NCBI GenBank assembly: GCA_049970895.1
Contig: JBMFMB010000001.1
Location: forward strand, 32,001 to 96,000
Source: Candidatus Bathyarchaeia archaeon
GTDB lineage: Archaea > Thermoproteota > Bathyarchaeia > Bathyarchaeales > Bathycorpusculaceae
DNA: 64,000 bases
Direction of reading: 5' to 3'
Every line of letters starts with the position of its first letter. Positions within the stretch are counted from its first letter, which is position 1. Of this stretch, positions 27,927-38,006 are shown piece after piece. The translations under genes and the position numbers were made by a program. Under the pieces are notes generated by a model. The model made no database searches, was not told the origin of the DNA, and saw nothing but the letters and a program-made list of their open reading frames with translations.

Positions 27927-28709
27927 TTACAGTTTTTTACCACAATGAGGACAGAAAGCGTGGTCTGCTTGGACTTCTCTGCCGCATGCAGGACACACAA
28001 GTTTTTCCTTCGCCACCAATCCCATTTTCTCTTTCGCCAAAAGTTTTCCGTCGCTGAGAAAAAGCACTCTGCACGCATGTGATGCTATGGCGCCGTCGTG
28101 GGTGACCATCACGATGGTTGTCCCTTGCTCGGTGTTTAGCCTGCCTAAAAGCCTAACTATCTCATATTTTGTTTTGGCGTCCAAATTGCCTGTAGGCTCG
28201 TCTGCCAAAACAATGGATGGGTTATTCGCTAAAGCCCGTGCAATAGCGACTCTTTGCTGTTCACCAGCACTTAAACGAAATGGCTTATGGTTTTCTCTTT
28301 CAGTTAAGCCAACAAGCCTTAACAGTTCCCGAGCCCTTTTTCGCATTTCCTCCTTTGATTTTCCCGTCCCCTCCATTGGAAGCTCAACGTTTTCTAATGC
28401 ACTCAAGTATGGAAGTAAATTGAAGGTTTGGAAGACGAAGCCAACCTTGTACCGCCTAATCTTGTAGAGCTCTTTTTCGGATAATGCAGTAACATCTACG
28501 TTGTCGAGAATTACTTTTCCGCTGGTTGGTCTGTCAAGGCAGCCTAAAATGTTGAGCAGCGTGGTCTTACCGGAGCCAGAAGGTCCCATTATGGAAATGA
28601 AGTCTCCCTTTTTCACTTTCAGATTTATGTCTGAAAGGGCGCGGATTCTTCGGCTTCCAAGCTTGTAAATTTTTTCAAGTTTTTCTGTTTCTAAAACGAG
28701 CTCACTCAT
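27927..28709 (-). CDS. ABC transporter ATP-binding protein (LolD/MacB type) with C-terminal Zn ribbon
   Basis: GPSGSGKT, LSAGEQQR, LADEPTGNLD, VTHD; tail CPAC...CPHC. Confidence 0.93.
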   Translation of the reverse strand: MSELVLETEKLEKIYKLGSRRIRALSDINLKVKKGDFISIMGPSGSGKTTLLNILGCLDRPTSGKVILDNVDVTALSEKELYKIRRYKVGFVFQTFNLLPYLSALENVELPMEGTGKSKEEMRKRARELLRLVGLTERENHKPFRLSAGEQQRVAIARALANNPSIVLADEPTGNLDAKTKYEIVRLLGRLNTEQGTTIVMVTHDGAIASHACRVLFLSDGKLLAKEKMGLVAKEKLVCPACGREVQADHAFCPHCGKKL

Positions 28710-30072
28710 ATCTCAACGCCTCGATTGGTGATATTCTTGAGGCCCTCCAAGCGGGGTATAGACTTCCTAAAGCGCCTAAAACTGCGGCGGCACAAAGAGC
28801 CGCCAAAATTAGTTGCGGGCTCAACGTGGCTACGCTGTAGCTTTGTGTCCCAATAATGTTCGGATATTGTGTTTGGAATGGGCGTTGCATTCGTTGCGCA
28901 CCGCCGAACAGATTTATTTGTGGAAGCAGAAATGAAGAGAAGAATGGTGCAGCTATGCTTCCTATCAATACTCCGGCTACTCCTCCAATTAGGCCTATCA
29001 GCATGCCTTCAAGCATGAATTGGCTCATAACGTTCCAGTTGCTGAAGCCTATAGCCTTCAAAATGCCAATTTCCCTTGTTCTTTCACGAACCGAATAGAG
29101 CATCACAAAAAAGACGATGAGGGTTGCAGCTGCAACAGCAACAATAATTACTTGGGTAGCCGTTGCTTGCGCTTGCGCAATGGAAGATTCAGCATTGCTT
29201 AACGTCTGTGTATACATTTCTTGCATACGCTGCAAGTTCTCCAAACGGTCTTGATAACTCGTTACGTAGAGTTCAGGATACATCGCCTTTATTACGTCGG
29301 CAACTTGCGTTGCAAACGAAGCGTCGCTCACATAGACGTATAGCCTACTTATTTTCCCAGTTAGACCCGTAACTCTTTGAGCGTCTGAAATATTCATGTA
29401 AACAGTTCTCGGCTGGCTTGAGGATTCAAAAACCCCTTTCACTATGAAAGGTTCGCCTTCAATTTCTACAGTGTCGCCGACATCAACTCCAAAGTAGCTA
29501 GTTAAGTTTGAGCTTATGAGGATGTAGCCGCTGTCGCCTTCAGATAAGTTTTCTCCAGTAGTTATGTTTGTTGGCAGTATTGGATAGCTAGCAATTATGG
29601 TTGCGTTGAGGCAAACGCCCATTATCGTGTATGCGGGTCTATAAACGGTGCGGCTTCCCCATGGAGTGTTTATGGTTTCTGAAATGTTTTCACTTGAGGA
29701 TTTTTCAAGGAAGGGTATAACATCTTTTACCCCTTCTATGGAACGTATTTCATCCATTATAGTCTCGTCCACGAAAGTTTGATTAAACCCGCCGAAGAAG
29801 CCTCCTGGTCTAAAGGTCTGCATTCCACGGTTTGGAGTGGTGCTGCATTCTATCAGTGTTGCCGTTTTGTTAATTTCTTTCTGCATTGTGGTGATTGTGT
29901 TGGCGAAGTTTTCAGTTATTCTCTGCATGGACTCCTGATTTGCCATAATGCCCGCAGGTATTGAAACCATAATTGCAATGGAAAAGCCTAAAGCCACAAC
30001 AACCAAGAACGTTCGAACTTTTCTTCTTGAAATATTTTTCAAAGCCCTTGACAGTGCGCCCAAAGCCTTCAC
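28702..30072 (-). CDS. ABC transporter permease (MacB/FtsX family)
   Basis: N-terminal TM, large extracellular loop, SVRERTREIGILKAIG, YPAWRAS...EALRYE. Confidence 0.92.
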   Translation of the reverse strand: MKALGALSRALKNISRRKVRTFLVVVALGFSIAIMVSIPAGIMANQESMQRITENFANTITTMQKEINKTATLIECSTTPNRGMQTFRPGGFFGGFNQTFVDETIMDEIRSIEGVKDVIPFLEKSSSENISETINTPWGSRTVYRPAYTIMGVCLNATIIASYPILPTNITTGENLSEGDSGYILISSNLTSYFGVDVGDTVEIEGEPFIVKGVFESSSQPRTVYMNISDAQRVTGLTGKISRLYVYVSDASFATQVADVIKAMYPELYVTSYQDRLENLQRMQEMYTQTLSNAESSIAQAQATATQVIIVAVAAATLIVFFVMLYSVRERTREIGILKAIGFSNWNVMSQFMLEGMLIGLIGGVAGVLIGSIAAPFFSSFLLPQINLFGGAQRMQRPFQTQYPNIIGTQSYSVATLSPQLILAALCAAAVLGALGSLYPAWRASRISPIEALRYE

Positions 30073-30129
30073 CGTTCACCCTTTTAAAGCTTTGTTGAAG
30101 CGAAAAACCGCGCCTAATATGAGGGTTTT

Positions 30130-30158
30130 CCAAAATTATACCAAAATGTCGCCATAAT
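30130..30158. promoter_or_regulatory. Candidate operator: 3x CCAWAAT at 11-bp period upstream of the ABC/HtrA operon
   Basis: CCAAAAT 30130, CCAAAAT 30141, CCATAAT 30152; abuts a minus-strand BRE/TATA-like sequence. Confidence 0.55.
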
Positions 30159-30233
30159 TACAACATGAAAAAGCCGAATTTTAAAAATAAAAAATGAGAG
30201 AGAAGAATGATTCTTTCGGTCTGCTATGCGCTT

Positions 30234-30773
30234 CTAAGGCTTTTCAATTATCGTTAGTGTTAAGATAGCTATTTTTGCGACCTTTCCCTGCTCAAGGTCC
30301 ACCCAAACCATTGCCCGCCCAGTTGTATCTTTCTCCAGCATTACAATGGCGGTCGTCGCCTTCGTTACAACCGTGCCATCTCTTTCAACAACGGTTTTGA
30401 TTATTGGCTTAACGCCCGTAATATTGTATCCTTCGTTTAGAAGATTCTGCACATCAGTGTCGTTTTTAGCTATGTTAATCACGTTTTCCTTATACTCTTC
30501 GCTAACCTCGATGAACCCACAGGAACCACGCCCACGCATCCATCCGCGATGCATAAAAAGCTTTTCAACCGTGATGTTGCCGTTAGCCCATCCCATAAAA
30601 CCAAAGCCTTTCCAGCCATGCCAGCTTTGAACATCTTCGTTATTAACTGTTGTACAGGCATTTGCGGTGGCTGAATAAGCGTTTAGCGCTATACCGCCTA
30701 TGACTACCGCCACAACAACAGTTGATAGCAAGATTAACGCTTTCTTCTTGTCTATTTTCAAACCACCCCCCAT
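30234..30773 (-). CDS. Secreted / membrane-anchored hypothetical protein
   Basis: Signal-peptide-like N-terminus; G/W/M/R-rich linker followed by a globular domain. Confidence 0.8.
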   Translation of the reverse strand: MGGGLKIDKKKALILLSTVVVAVVIGGIALNAYSATANACTTVNNEDVQSWHGWKGFGFMGWANGNITVEKLFMHRGWMRGRGSCGFIEVSEEYKENVINIAKNDTDVQNLLNEGYNITGVKPIIKTVVERDGTVVTKATTAIVMLEKDTTGRAMVWVDLEQGKVAKIAILTLTIIEKP

Positions 30774-30831
30774 TCACATGTTAAGGTGCGCGCACTAAAA
30801 CACGTGAAGCTGCAGTTTATTAAAGGATTTT

Positions 30832-30860
30832 TCAGAATTAAACCAAAATAATACCATAAT
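30832..30860. promoter_or_regulatory. Second copy of the triple-heptamer operator in the divergent promoter region
   Basis: TCAGAAT 30832, CCAAAAT 30843, CCATAAT 30854; abuts minus-strand GAAAAATCCTTTAATAA (BRE/TATA). Confidence 0.55.
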
Positions 30861-30925
30861 GTGAGAAAATACCTTTTAACCATAGACCAAATAAAAGTAA
30901 GGTCAGCTGTTCAGGAGCAAAACAA

Positions 30926-31228
30926 ATGTCCACCAGTGCTCGCCCCCTCAAATATCTACTCGGCTGGTTGATAGCTGGCACCCGAGGGGGCTTGACAAGA
31001 GCAAAGATAATCCAAGCCTTAAAGGAGGCCCCGCAAAACGCGAACCAGCTAGCGAACCTGCTTAAAATGGATTATAGAACTATAAGGCATCACCTTGAGG
31101 TTCTTGAGAAAAACAGGCTTATAGTGTCCGCGGGTGAAGAGTACGGTAAAACATACTTCCTATCTCCAATTATGGAGGAGAACTACGCCTTGTTTGAGGA
31201 GATTTTGAAGAAAGTTTGGAAAAAATAG
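30926..31228 (+). CDS. ArsR-like winged-HTH transcription regulator
   Basis: WLIAGTRGG..RAKII..L...PQNANQLA..L.MDYRTIRHHL.VL...YG..YFLS. Confidence 0.88.
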   Translation: MSTSARPLKYLLGWLIAGTRGGLTRAKIIQALKEAPQNANQLANLLKMDYRTIRHHLEVLEKNRLIVSAGEEYGKTYFLSPIMEENYALFEEILKKVWKK

Positions 31229-31698
31229 AAAAGGAGGCAAAACAAATGAAGCATGAAATGAACCGAAATCCGAGAACTTGGCTACTACTAGTGCTTCTAC
31301 TCATCTTAATAGTTGCCGCCATATTAGCCGCTATATGGGCAACCTCAACCTTCTGGTATCCAAGGTTCCCATGGCAGCCGCCAGAACGTCCTCCTTACAT
31401 TCCATGGGACATAGAATTTTTCTACACGACGAAAACTATTATCTCCACAATAAACATAATCATTTTAGTCTTTCTAGTATTCGTGTATGTCGACATATAC
31501 AGAAAGACCCATTCAGAATTTACAATAGGGCTCATAATATTTTCAGCAACCCTACTTCTTTATGCTTTGACGTCAAATCCAATAGTGATAAGGGCTTTCG
31601 GTTTTAGACTGTTCGGTTTGGGACCATTCGCACTGCTCCCGGACTTATTCACTTTCGCGGCTCTCATAATCCTCCTATACTTAAGCATCAAATATTAG
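31216..31698 (+). CDS. Four-TM membrane protein co-transcribed with the wHTH regulator
   Basis: Hydrophobic helices with Y...Y.KT.SEFTIGL; start may be ATG 31246. Confidence 0.8.
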   Translation: MEKIEKEAKQMKHEMNRNPRTWLLLVLLLILIVAAILAAIWATSTFWYPRFPWQPPERPPYIPWDIEFFYTTKTIISTINIIILVFLVFVYVDIYRKTHSEFTIGLIIFSATLLLYALTSNPIVIRAFGFRLFGLGPFALLPDLFTFAALIILLYLSIKY

Positions 31699-31741
31699 AT
31701 GGCTAGAAATCCTTAAATCGCTTGAATTCACCCATAATAGT

Positions 31742-31812
31742 TTGGGATGATGTGAGGCGACGGCTAGGAGCCCTTCAAAGCTGTGAAAAGCCAACTAACC
31801 TGCACTGACCAA
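31742..31812 (+). ncRNA. Candidate box C/D guide sRNA
   Basis: Terminal stem TTGG/CCAA enclosing C box ATGATGT (31747-31753) and D box CTGA (31805-31808); TATA-like CTTAAA about 25 nt upstream. Confidence 0.65.
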
Positions 31813-31816
31813 TCTT

Positions 31817-32356
31817 ATGGCGGGTGGTCTGGTGCTTAGGGACTTCAACCTTCTAGCCACAACTTCAAGGGGAAACGAGGATGAGGCTTGTTCTGAACTT
31901 TGGTATTTGCTAGGCGAGATTGGCGACTCTGCGCCGGTTGTGGACAAGACTGGAGTGGCTGGATTGATTGCCGCGAAGACGGCTTTTAACCCCTTCGAGG
32001 TTATTGAGAAGTTTAGGCAGATTCTCCGAGAACGTCCCTACGAATTCCGCTATACACTGCGCATAATCCCAATTGAGAAGGTTATCCGCACAGACCTCGG
32101 AGAAATCCAGCGGGCAGCCACGGAACTAAGCTCAAAAATAGGAAAAGACGAAACTTTCCGGATAACCGTGGAGAAACGCTTCACAGAAACATCCACAAGA
32201 GACATTATTGAGGCGGCGGCAGCCAACATTGAACGAAAAGTGGACTTAAACAAGCCTGACAAAATCCTCCTAATAGAGGTTATTGGCGGCTTGACTGGAA
32301 TTTCGGTAATTAAGCCAGAAGACATTCTGTCAGTTATAAAGGAAAAAGTGCTTTAG
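31817..32356 (+). CDS. THUMP-domain RNA-binding protein
   Basis: FNLLATT.RG.E, TFRITVEKR, VDL..PDK..LIEVIG. Confidence 0.88.
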   Translation: MAGGLVLRDFNLLATTSRGNEDEACSELWYLLGEIGDSAPVVDKTGVAGLIAAKTAFNPFEVIEKFRQILRERPYEFRYTLRIIPIEKVIRTDLGEIQRAATELSSKIGKDETFRITVEKRFTETSTRDIIEAAAANIERKVDLNKPDKILLIEVIGGLTGISVIKPEDILSVIKEKVL

Positions 32357-32359
32357 CGT

Positions 32360-32926
32360 TCAGCGCTCTGTTGCCAAAAGTGCCACACGCTCAATAACAA
32401 GATTAACCAAGGCTTGCTCCAGATCGTTTCCCCTCATAACAGCCTCAAGTTCCACATCTGAAATGTCGAAGGCTTTTCGAATAGCGTTAATTTTCTCCCG
32501 TGAAAGCTCCAAGACAGAGTCGTCACGGTGTCCACCAACAATTTTGGACATTGCCTCTAACGCCGCTTCCACATCGCTTGCTTTCTCTCCCACTGCGAGA
32601 ATGGCTATTGCTTCTGAATTTGGCTTTATCCCCATAAGCCCCATTGCTTTTCGAATTTGACGCTGAGCAGAGGCGTAAAGCAGTGTTTCCACAGCTAGGC
32701 TTTTTGAAATGTTCAAGCCGTTTTTGAAGGCGTTTAGGGCGTTTAAAGCCGCAAAATACAAGTGCTGCCAAGTAGCCACAAGCCCAGCGTCGAAAAATTG
32801 GGCTTCCACATTTTTTGCTAAACGTTTCCTAACAGTTTCAAGAAACTCTTCAACATCGGCTATCTTCACGTTTCTAAAGCCGGCAACAGCCACATACTTG
32901 CCAAACTCTTCAAGAGGTTTCAGCAA
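32360..32926 (-). CDS. cgi121: KEOPS complex subunit Cgi121
   Basis: HLYFAA.NA...F....ISKSL.VE.LLYASAQRQI..A. Confidence 0.88.
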   Translation of the reverse strand: MLKPLEEFGKYVAVAGFRNVKIADVEEFLETVRKRLAKNVEAQFFDAGLVATWQHLYFAALNALNAFKNGLNISKSLAVETLLYASAQRQIRKAMGLMGIKPNSEAIAILAVGEKASDVEAALEAMSKIVGGHRDDSVLELSREKINAIRKAFDISDVELEAVMRGNDLEQALVNLVIERVALLATER

Positions 32927-33528
32927 GCCCCTTCTTCCTCACGGATTTCCTTTAGGAAGCGATTAACAAGCCTTCGGGATAAGCCAGCCCTCACCAGCTT
33001 TTCCATATTCCTTTCGATGGGCTTGCCTTGCTCCCTGCATTTTTTGGCTATTTTCCTTATGGTCTCCTTTATCTCCCATGGGAAAACTATCCACCGGCTT
33101 GTTTCTTTAGCGTAATAGTCAGGCTTTATTATGCTCCATGGTTTAAGATAAATAGTGGCAATCTTAACCTCGGCGGCGCCTTCTTTCTGCAGATGTTGCT
33201 TTATGAGTTGGAGGCTTTTTCCAGTGTCCGCCACCTCATCCACAACCAGCACCCTTTTCCCAGCCACATTAACGGAGACTGGCTGTGTTAGGGTTGGCTC
33301 ACCCTTCGTTTCAGCCACACCAACATAGAATTCAACCTTAACATTGGCGAGGTTTGGGTTCTCCAGAAGGTCTGAAAGAACTCTTGCTGGGGGCCATCCG
33401 CCGCGGGAAACACCAACAATCACGTCTGGCTTAAAATTGTCCTTCCTTATTTTTCCGGCGATTTGCATGAGCATTTTGTAGATTTGGTTCCATGTTGGCA
33501 CTTCGAATTCGAGCTCATGCCTTGTCAA
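32920..33528 (-). CDS. Purine phosphoribosyltransferase (HPRT/XGPRT-like)
   Basis: GVSRGG, PRPP-binding VLVVDEVADTGKSL, WIVFPWE. Confidence 0.9.
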   Translation of the reverse strand: MTRHELEFEVPTWNQIYKMLMQIAGKIRKDNFKPDVIVGVSRGGWPPARVLSDLLENPNLANVKVEFYVGVAETKGEPTLTQPVSVNVAGKRVLVVDEVADTGKSLQLIKQHLQKEGAAEVKIATIYLKPWSIIKPDYYAKETSRWIVFPWEIKETIRKIAKKCREQGKPIERNMEKLVRAGLSRRLVNRFLKEIREEEGAC

Positions 33529-33632
33529 GCTTTGTTCACCAGCTTTTGTGCCGAGCGGTTAAGAGTTTGGATTTAAAGCCGATTTTAGCTTTTCTAAAAA
33601 GGGTCTGGTTTGCTGATAACTTTAATTAGGCT

Positions 33633-34589
33633 GTGGCGGTGATAGAAGGGCGAGAAGGCGGTGAAAACTCTTTGAGGGAAATCATTGAATGCGTTCCGAA
33701 TTTTAGCACTTCAGACCCGAAAGTCGTTGAGCAAATCCTCAACGAGCTTAAAACAACTGAAAAGGCGTTTTTGCTCGACTACACCTACGACAGTTATTAT
33801 AATAGGCTTGTAGTCTCTTTTGTGGGAGACAAGCGTTCCGTTCTTGAAGCCATGTTGAAGATGGCTTTTAAGGCTGTGGAGCTTATTGACATGAGAACCC
33901 ACAAGGGACAACATCCCAGAATAGGCGCTGTGGATGTCGTCCCTTTCATACCAATTAAAAATGTCACCATGGAGGACTGCATTAGGCTGGCGAGAAAGTT
34001 TGGCAGGACATTAGCCCAAGAACGTGGTGTGCCAGTCTACCTTTACGGCGAGGCTGCCACAAAACCAGAGAGAAGGGACTTGGACTGGATACGGGAAGGC
34101 GAATATGAAAGGCTGGCAGAAATGATGGCAAAGCCAGAACGCAAACCAGACTTCGGTCCAGCAAAGCCTCATCCAACAGCTGGAGCAACAATAACTGGCG
34201 CCCGCAAGGTTATGGCTGGATTCAACGTAAACCTTGGAACCCCAGACCTAAAAATTGCCAAGAAGATTGCGAAGGCTTTGCATTCGAAGAAGGGCGGACT
34301 TGCAAATGTTAAGGCTATGGCTGCATACATTCCTGAAAAGAACATAACACAGATCGGCATGAGCATAAGCGATTTTGAGGCTACGCCATTATACCGTGTT
34401 TTTGAACTGTTGAAAGTTGAGGCTGAACGCTATAACGTTCCAGTCATAGGTTCGGAATTCTGTGGAATGGCGCCTTTAAAGGCTATTGTTGATGTGGCTT
34501 CATACTATTTGAAAATTGACAACTTAACCGTTGACAGAGTGTTGGAAGTGGCTGTTCAAAACGCCATTGAGAAGGGGAGGAAGCCTTGA
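33633..34589 (+). CDS. ftcD: Glutamate formimidoyltransferase (FT domain only)
   Basis: IIECVPNFS, IDMRTHKGQHPRIGAVDVVPF, HPTAGA...GAR, GSE..G; likely start TTG 33672. Confidence 0.92.
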   Translation: MAVIEGREGGENSLREIIECVPNFSTSDPKVVEQILNELKTTEKAFLLDYTYDSYYNRLVVSFVGDKRSVLEAMLKMAFKAVELIDMRTHKGQHPRIGAVDVVPFIPIKNVTMEDCIRLARKFGRTLAQERGVPVYLYGEAATKPERRDLDWIREGEYERLAEMMAKPERKPDFGPAKPHPTAGATITGARKVMAGFNVNLGTPDLKIAKKIAKALHSKKGGLANVKAMAAYIPEKNITQIGMSISDFEATPLYRVFELLKVEAERYNVPVIGSEFCGMAPLKAIVDVASYYLKIDNLTVDRVLEVAVQNAIEKGRKP

Positions 34590-35920
34590 GTAAAGCCAAG
34601 ACGGGGAAAACTGCTGCAAAGGAAAGGGTGGATACGCTTATTGTTAATGCCAGCGAGCTTGTGACCTTGGCTGGTGGCAACGAGAAGCCAAGAACTGGCA
34701 GGCGCATGCGGGAACTTGGAATAATTAAGAATGGGTGTATAGCCATAAAGGACGGCAAAATTTTGGCTGTTGGAAAAACCCCGGAGGTAAAGAAGAATTT
34801 TAGGGCTGAAGATGTTGTGAACGCCGGTGGGAAAACTGTTCTGCCGGGATTTGTGGACCCCCACACGCATTTGGTTTTTGCCGGTTCAAGGGAAGACGAG
34901 TTCCAGATGAGGGTTGAGGGTGCCTCCTACATGGAGATTTTGAAGGCTGGTGGGGGCATACTGAAAACTGTTAGGGAGACCAGAAAAGCCAGCATAGACG
35001 AGCTTTTGGGCTTTGGCTTAAGCACTTTAGATGTTATGTTGAGGTATGGCACAACAACGGTTGAGGCGAAAAGCGGGTACGGCTTAACAACAAGGGATGA
35101 ATTGAAAATTTTGGAGGTTATTAGGCGTTTAAACCAGCTTCACGCGGTTGATGTTGTCCCCACGTTTATGGGTGCCCACGCAGTTCCAGCCGAATACATG
35201 GGCAATCCGGAAGAGTATGTCAGCTTAGTTGTTGATGAAATGATTCCAGCCGTTGCCAGTAGAAGGCTGGCGGAGTTCTGCGACGTCTTCTGCGAGAAAG
35301 GCGTTTTCACTTTGGAGCAGACAAGAAAAATCCTCATTGCAGCCAGAAACCATGGTTTAGGGCTTAAGGTGCATGCGGACGAAATGAGCCAGTTGGGTGG
35401 GGCAGAGCTTGCAGCCAGCCTAGGGGCAGTCTCAGCCGAACACCTGCTTTTCGCTTCTGACGCTGGGCTTAGGGCTATGGCTGAAAAGGGCGTAATTGCT
35501 GTTCTGCTTCCAGCGGCAGCCTTCAGCCTGATGGCTGGGCGTTTTGCCGAAGCAAGAAAAATGATTGAGTTTGGCGTTCCGGTGGCTTTGGGCACGGATT
35601 TTAATCCGAGCTGTTGGATTGAAAATCAGCAGCTTATCATAGCTTTCGCCTGCCACTTTATGAGGATGACGCCAGCCGAAGCCATAACCGCAGCCACAAT
35701 TAATGCGGCTCACGCCATTGGAAGAGCCAAAGAGGTTGGCAGCTTAGAGGTTGGCAAGAAGGCTGACATAGTGATTTTGAACGTGCCAAACCACGTTTTT
35801 CTAGGCTACCGCTTCGGCGTAAACCTCGTTGACAAAGTGATAAAGAATGGCAGAACAGTTGTTGATGAGGAAGCCTCCGTAGCTGAGGCGGCGAAGCTTT
35901 TCAGCAAAGAATTAGAGTAA
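34586..35920 (+). CDS. hutI: Imidazolonepropionase
   Basis: [41 protein letters not shown]. Confidence 0.95.
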   Translation: MSKAKTGKTAAKERVDTLIVNASELVTLAGGNEKPRTGRRMRELGIIKNGCIAIKDGKILAVGKTPEVKKNFRAEDVVNAGGKTVLPGFVDPHTHLVFAGSREDEFQMRVEGASYMEILKAGGGILKTVRETRKASIDELLGFGLSTLDVMLRYGTTTVEAKSGYGLTTRDELKILEVIRRLNQLHAVDVVPTFMGAHAVPAEYMGNPEEYVSLVVDEMIPAVASRRLAEFCDVFCEKGVFTLEQTRKILIAARNHGLGLKVHADEMSQLGGAELAASLGAVSAEHLLFASDAGLRAMAEKGVIAVLLPAAAFSLMAGRFAEARKMIEFGVPVALGTDFNPSCWIENQQLIIAFACHFMRMTPAEAITAATINAAHAIGRAKEVGSLEVGKKADIVILNVPNHVFLGYRFGVNLVDKVIKNGRTVVDEEASVAEAAKLFSKELE

Positions 35921-35939
35921 CCTCCAACCAAATTATTCC

Positions 35940-37619
35940 TTGTCTGAGGGTGAAAACCCCTTGTTAAAGCTTGAAAAACCCATAAAATGTTTGACTGGGC
36001 ATGAACTGCACTGTAAGAATTGGCAGATTGAAGGAATTTTGCGCATGCTCTTTAACGTTGTTGACCCGGAAGTAGCTAAAGACCCTGAAAGGCTTATTGT
36101 TTATGGCGGCACTGGGAAGGCGGCTCGTAACTGGGAGTGCTTCGAAAAAATTGTTGAAACCCTTACAGAGCTTGAGCCGGACGAAACAATGCTTGTCCAA
36201 AGCGGCAAGCCTGTAGCCGTCTTCAAAACCCACAAGTGGGCGCCAAGAGCCCTAATAGTAAACGCCATGCTAGTGCCCAAATGGGCGACATGGGACTACT
36301 TCTACGAGCTTGAACAGAAAGGCTTAATCATGTTTGGGCAGATGACAGCTGGCTCGTGGTCTTACATTGGCACACAAGGCATCCTACAAGGCACATATGA
36401 GACTTTGGCTGCTGTGGCACGAGAGCACTTCAGCGGAACCCTCCGTGGAAGGCTGGTCTTGACGGCAGGTTTAGGCGAGATGGGGGGAGCCCAACCCCTA
36501 GCGGTAACCATGAACGATGGCGTCGCCCTAGTAGTGGAAATAGACAAACGCGCCATTGACAGACGCATAAGGCATGGTTATTTGGAGACTTGGACAGACG
36601 ATTTGGACGAAGCTGTGAAAATGGCTTTAGAAGCCAAACGCGAGGGCATCCCAAGAAGTATAGGGTTGCTTGGAAACGCGGCTGAAGTGCACCCAGAACT
36701 TTTAAAGCGGGGCATAATACCAGACGTGCTGACAGACCAGACAAGCGCCCACGACCCGTTGAACGGCTATTACCCAGCAGGACTTTCAAAGGAGGAAGCC
36801 GACGAACTCCGAAAAAACGACCCAGAAGAATATCTGCGAAGGGCCAGCCAGAGCATGCGCACCCAAGTGGAAGCCATGGTCAAAATGATGGAAAAGGGCG
36901 CAGTAACCTTCGAGTATGGCAACAACCTCCGCCAGCAAGCCTACAACGCCGGGTTTAAAGACGCTTTTGCCTATCCGGGTTTTGTGCAACGTTATATTAG
37001 GCCGATGTTCTGTGAAGGTCGAGGACCATTCCGCTGGACTTCGCTGGTGGGAAGCACCGAAGACATTTACACTTTGGATGATGTGATTTTGAAGGAGTTT
37101 TCCTACAATAGGGAGCTTTGCAGATGGATACAGAAGGCGAAAGAACATGTCAAGTTTCAAGGTTTGCCAGCTCGCGTCTGCTGGCTGGGTTTCGGCGAGA
37201 GAGCCCGCTTCGGAAAAATAATGAACGACATGGTGGCAAGCGGGAGACTTTCAGGACCCATATGGATTGGGAGAGACCACTTGGACGGGGGAAGCGTTGC
37301 CTCACCAAACCGTGAAACAGAAGGCATGATGGACGAAAGCGATGCGATAGCTGACTGGCCAATACTTAACGCGTTGCTGAACGCTGTTGCAGGCGCCACA
37401 TGGGTGAGCGTCCACCACGGCGGAGGCGTGGGGATAGGTTACAGCATACATGCTGGCATGTGTTTGGTGGCTGACGGAACAAAAGAGGCTGAAAAACGCA
37501 TAGTCACAGTGCTAACAACAGACCCCGGAACCGCCATAGTCAGGCATGCGGATGCCGGATATGAAAAAGCTAAGAAAATAGCACGTGAGAAGGGCATAAA
37601 AATGCCCATGCTGAAATAA
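35940..37619 (+). CDS. hutU: Urocanate hydratase
   Basis: [56 protein letters not shown]. Confidence 0.97.
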   Translation: MSEGENPLLKLEKPIKCLTGHELHCKNWQIEGILRMLFNVVDPEVAKDPERLIVYGGTGKAARNWECFEKIVETLTELEPDETMLVQSGKPVAVFKTHKWAPRALIVNAMLVPKWATWDYFYELEQKGLIMFGQMTAGSWSYIGTQGILQGTYETLAAVAREHFSGTLRGRLVLTAGLGEMGGAQPLAVTMNDGVALVVEIDKRAIDRRIRHGYLETWTDDLDEAVKMALEAKREGIPRSIGLLGNAAEVHPELLKRGIIPDVLTDQTSAHDPLNGYYPAGLSKEEADELRKNDPEEYLRRASQSMRTQVEAMVKMMEKGAVTFEYGNNLRQQAYNAGFKDAFAYPGFVQRYIRPMFCEGRGPFRWTSLVGSTEDIYTLDDVILKEFSYNRELCRWIQKAKEHVKFQGLPARVCWLGFGERARFGKIMNDMVASGRLSGPIWIGRDHLDGGSVASPNRETEGMMDESDAIADWPILNALLNAVAGATWVSVHHGGGVGIGYSIHAGMCLVADGTKEAEKRIVTVLTTDPGTAIVRHADAGYEKAKKIAREKGIKMPMLK

Positions 37620-37639
37620 GTGTCTGAGAGGAGTGTTTT

Positions 37640-37987
37640 ATGGCGGTTTTCCTTTTGGACATGTGGACTGTTGTAAAGGGCAAGGAAGCTGAAAACGAGG
37701 AGGTTGTAAGGCAAATTCTCCAGTATGGAGGCACACATCCAGAAGCCTTCAATCTTGTTAAGTCGCTGCGATGCTTTAGGCAGAGCATAGGTGGAAAACC
37801 ACCGGGAAAATTTGTCCTAATGACAGAGTTTGCAAGCCTCCACGACATGGAGGAATTTTTCAAAAAGATAAGGGAAGACAATGAGTGGAGAAAAATAGAG
37901 CGTAGATGGAAAAGTGTTATGGAACAGGCGTTTTCAGAAAGCCTAATGTGGACTGATGTTTTCAGGGAGCCTTGGACAGAAAAATAG
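37640..37987 (+). CDS. Hypothetical protein, NIPSNAP / dimeric alpha-beta barrel-like
   Basis: W.V.KGKE...EFASL.D.EEF pattern; GAGGAG SD; last gene of the hut cluster. Confidence 0.6.
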   Translation: MAVFLLDMWTVVKGKEAENEEVVRQILQYGGTHPEAFNLVKSLRCFRQSIGGKPPGKFVLMTEFASLHDMEEFFKKIREDNEWRKIERRWKSVMEQAFSESLMWTDVFREPWTEK

Positions 37988-38006
37988 TTGTGGGAAAGTT
38001 TTGGGC

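Noticed and set aside
27911-28078. N-terminal extension of the HtrA ORF
   Set aside because: Overlaps the ABC ATPase gene; a strong SD precedes GTG 27910
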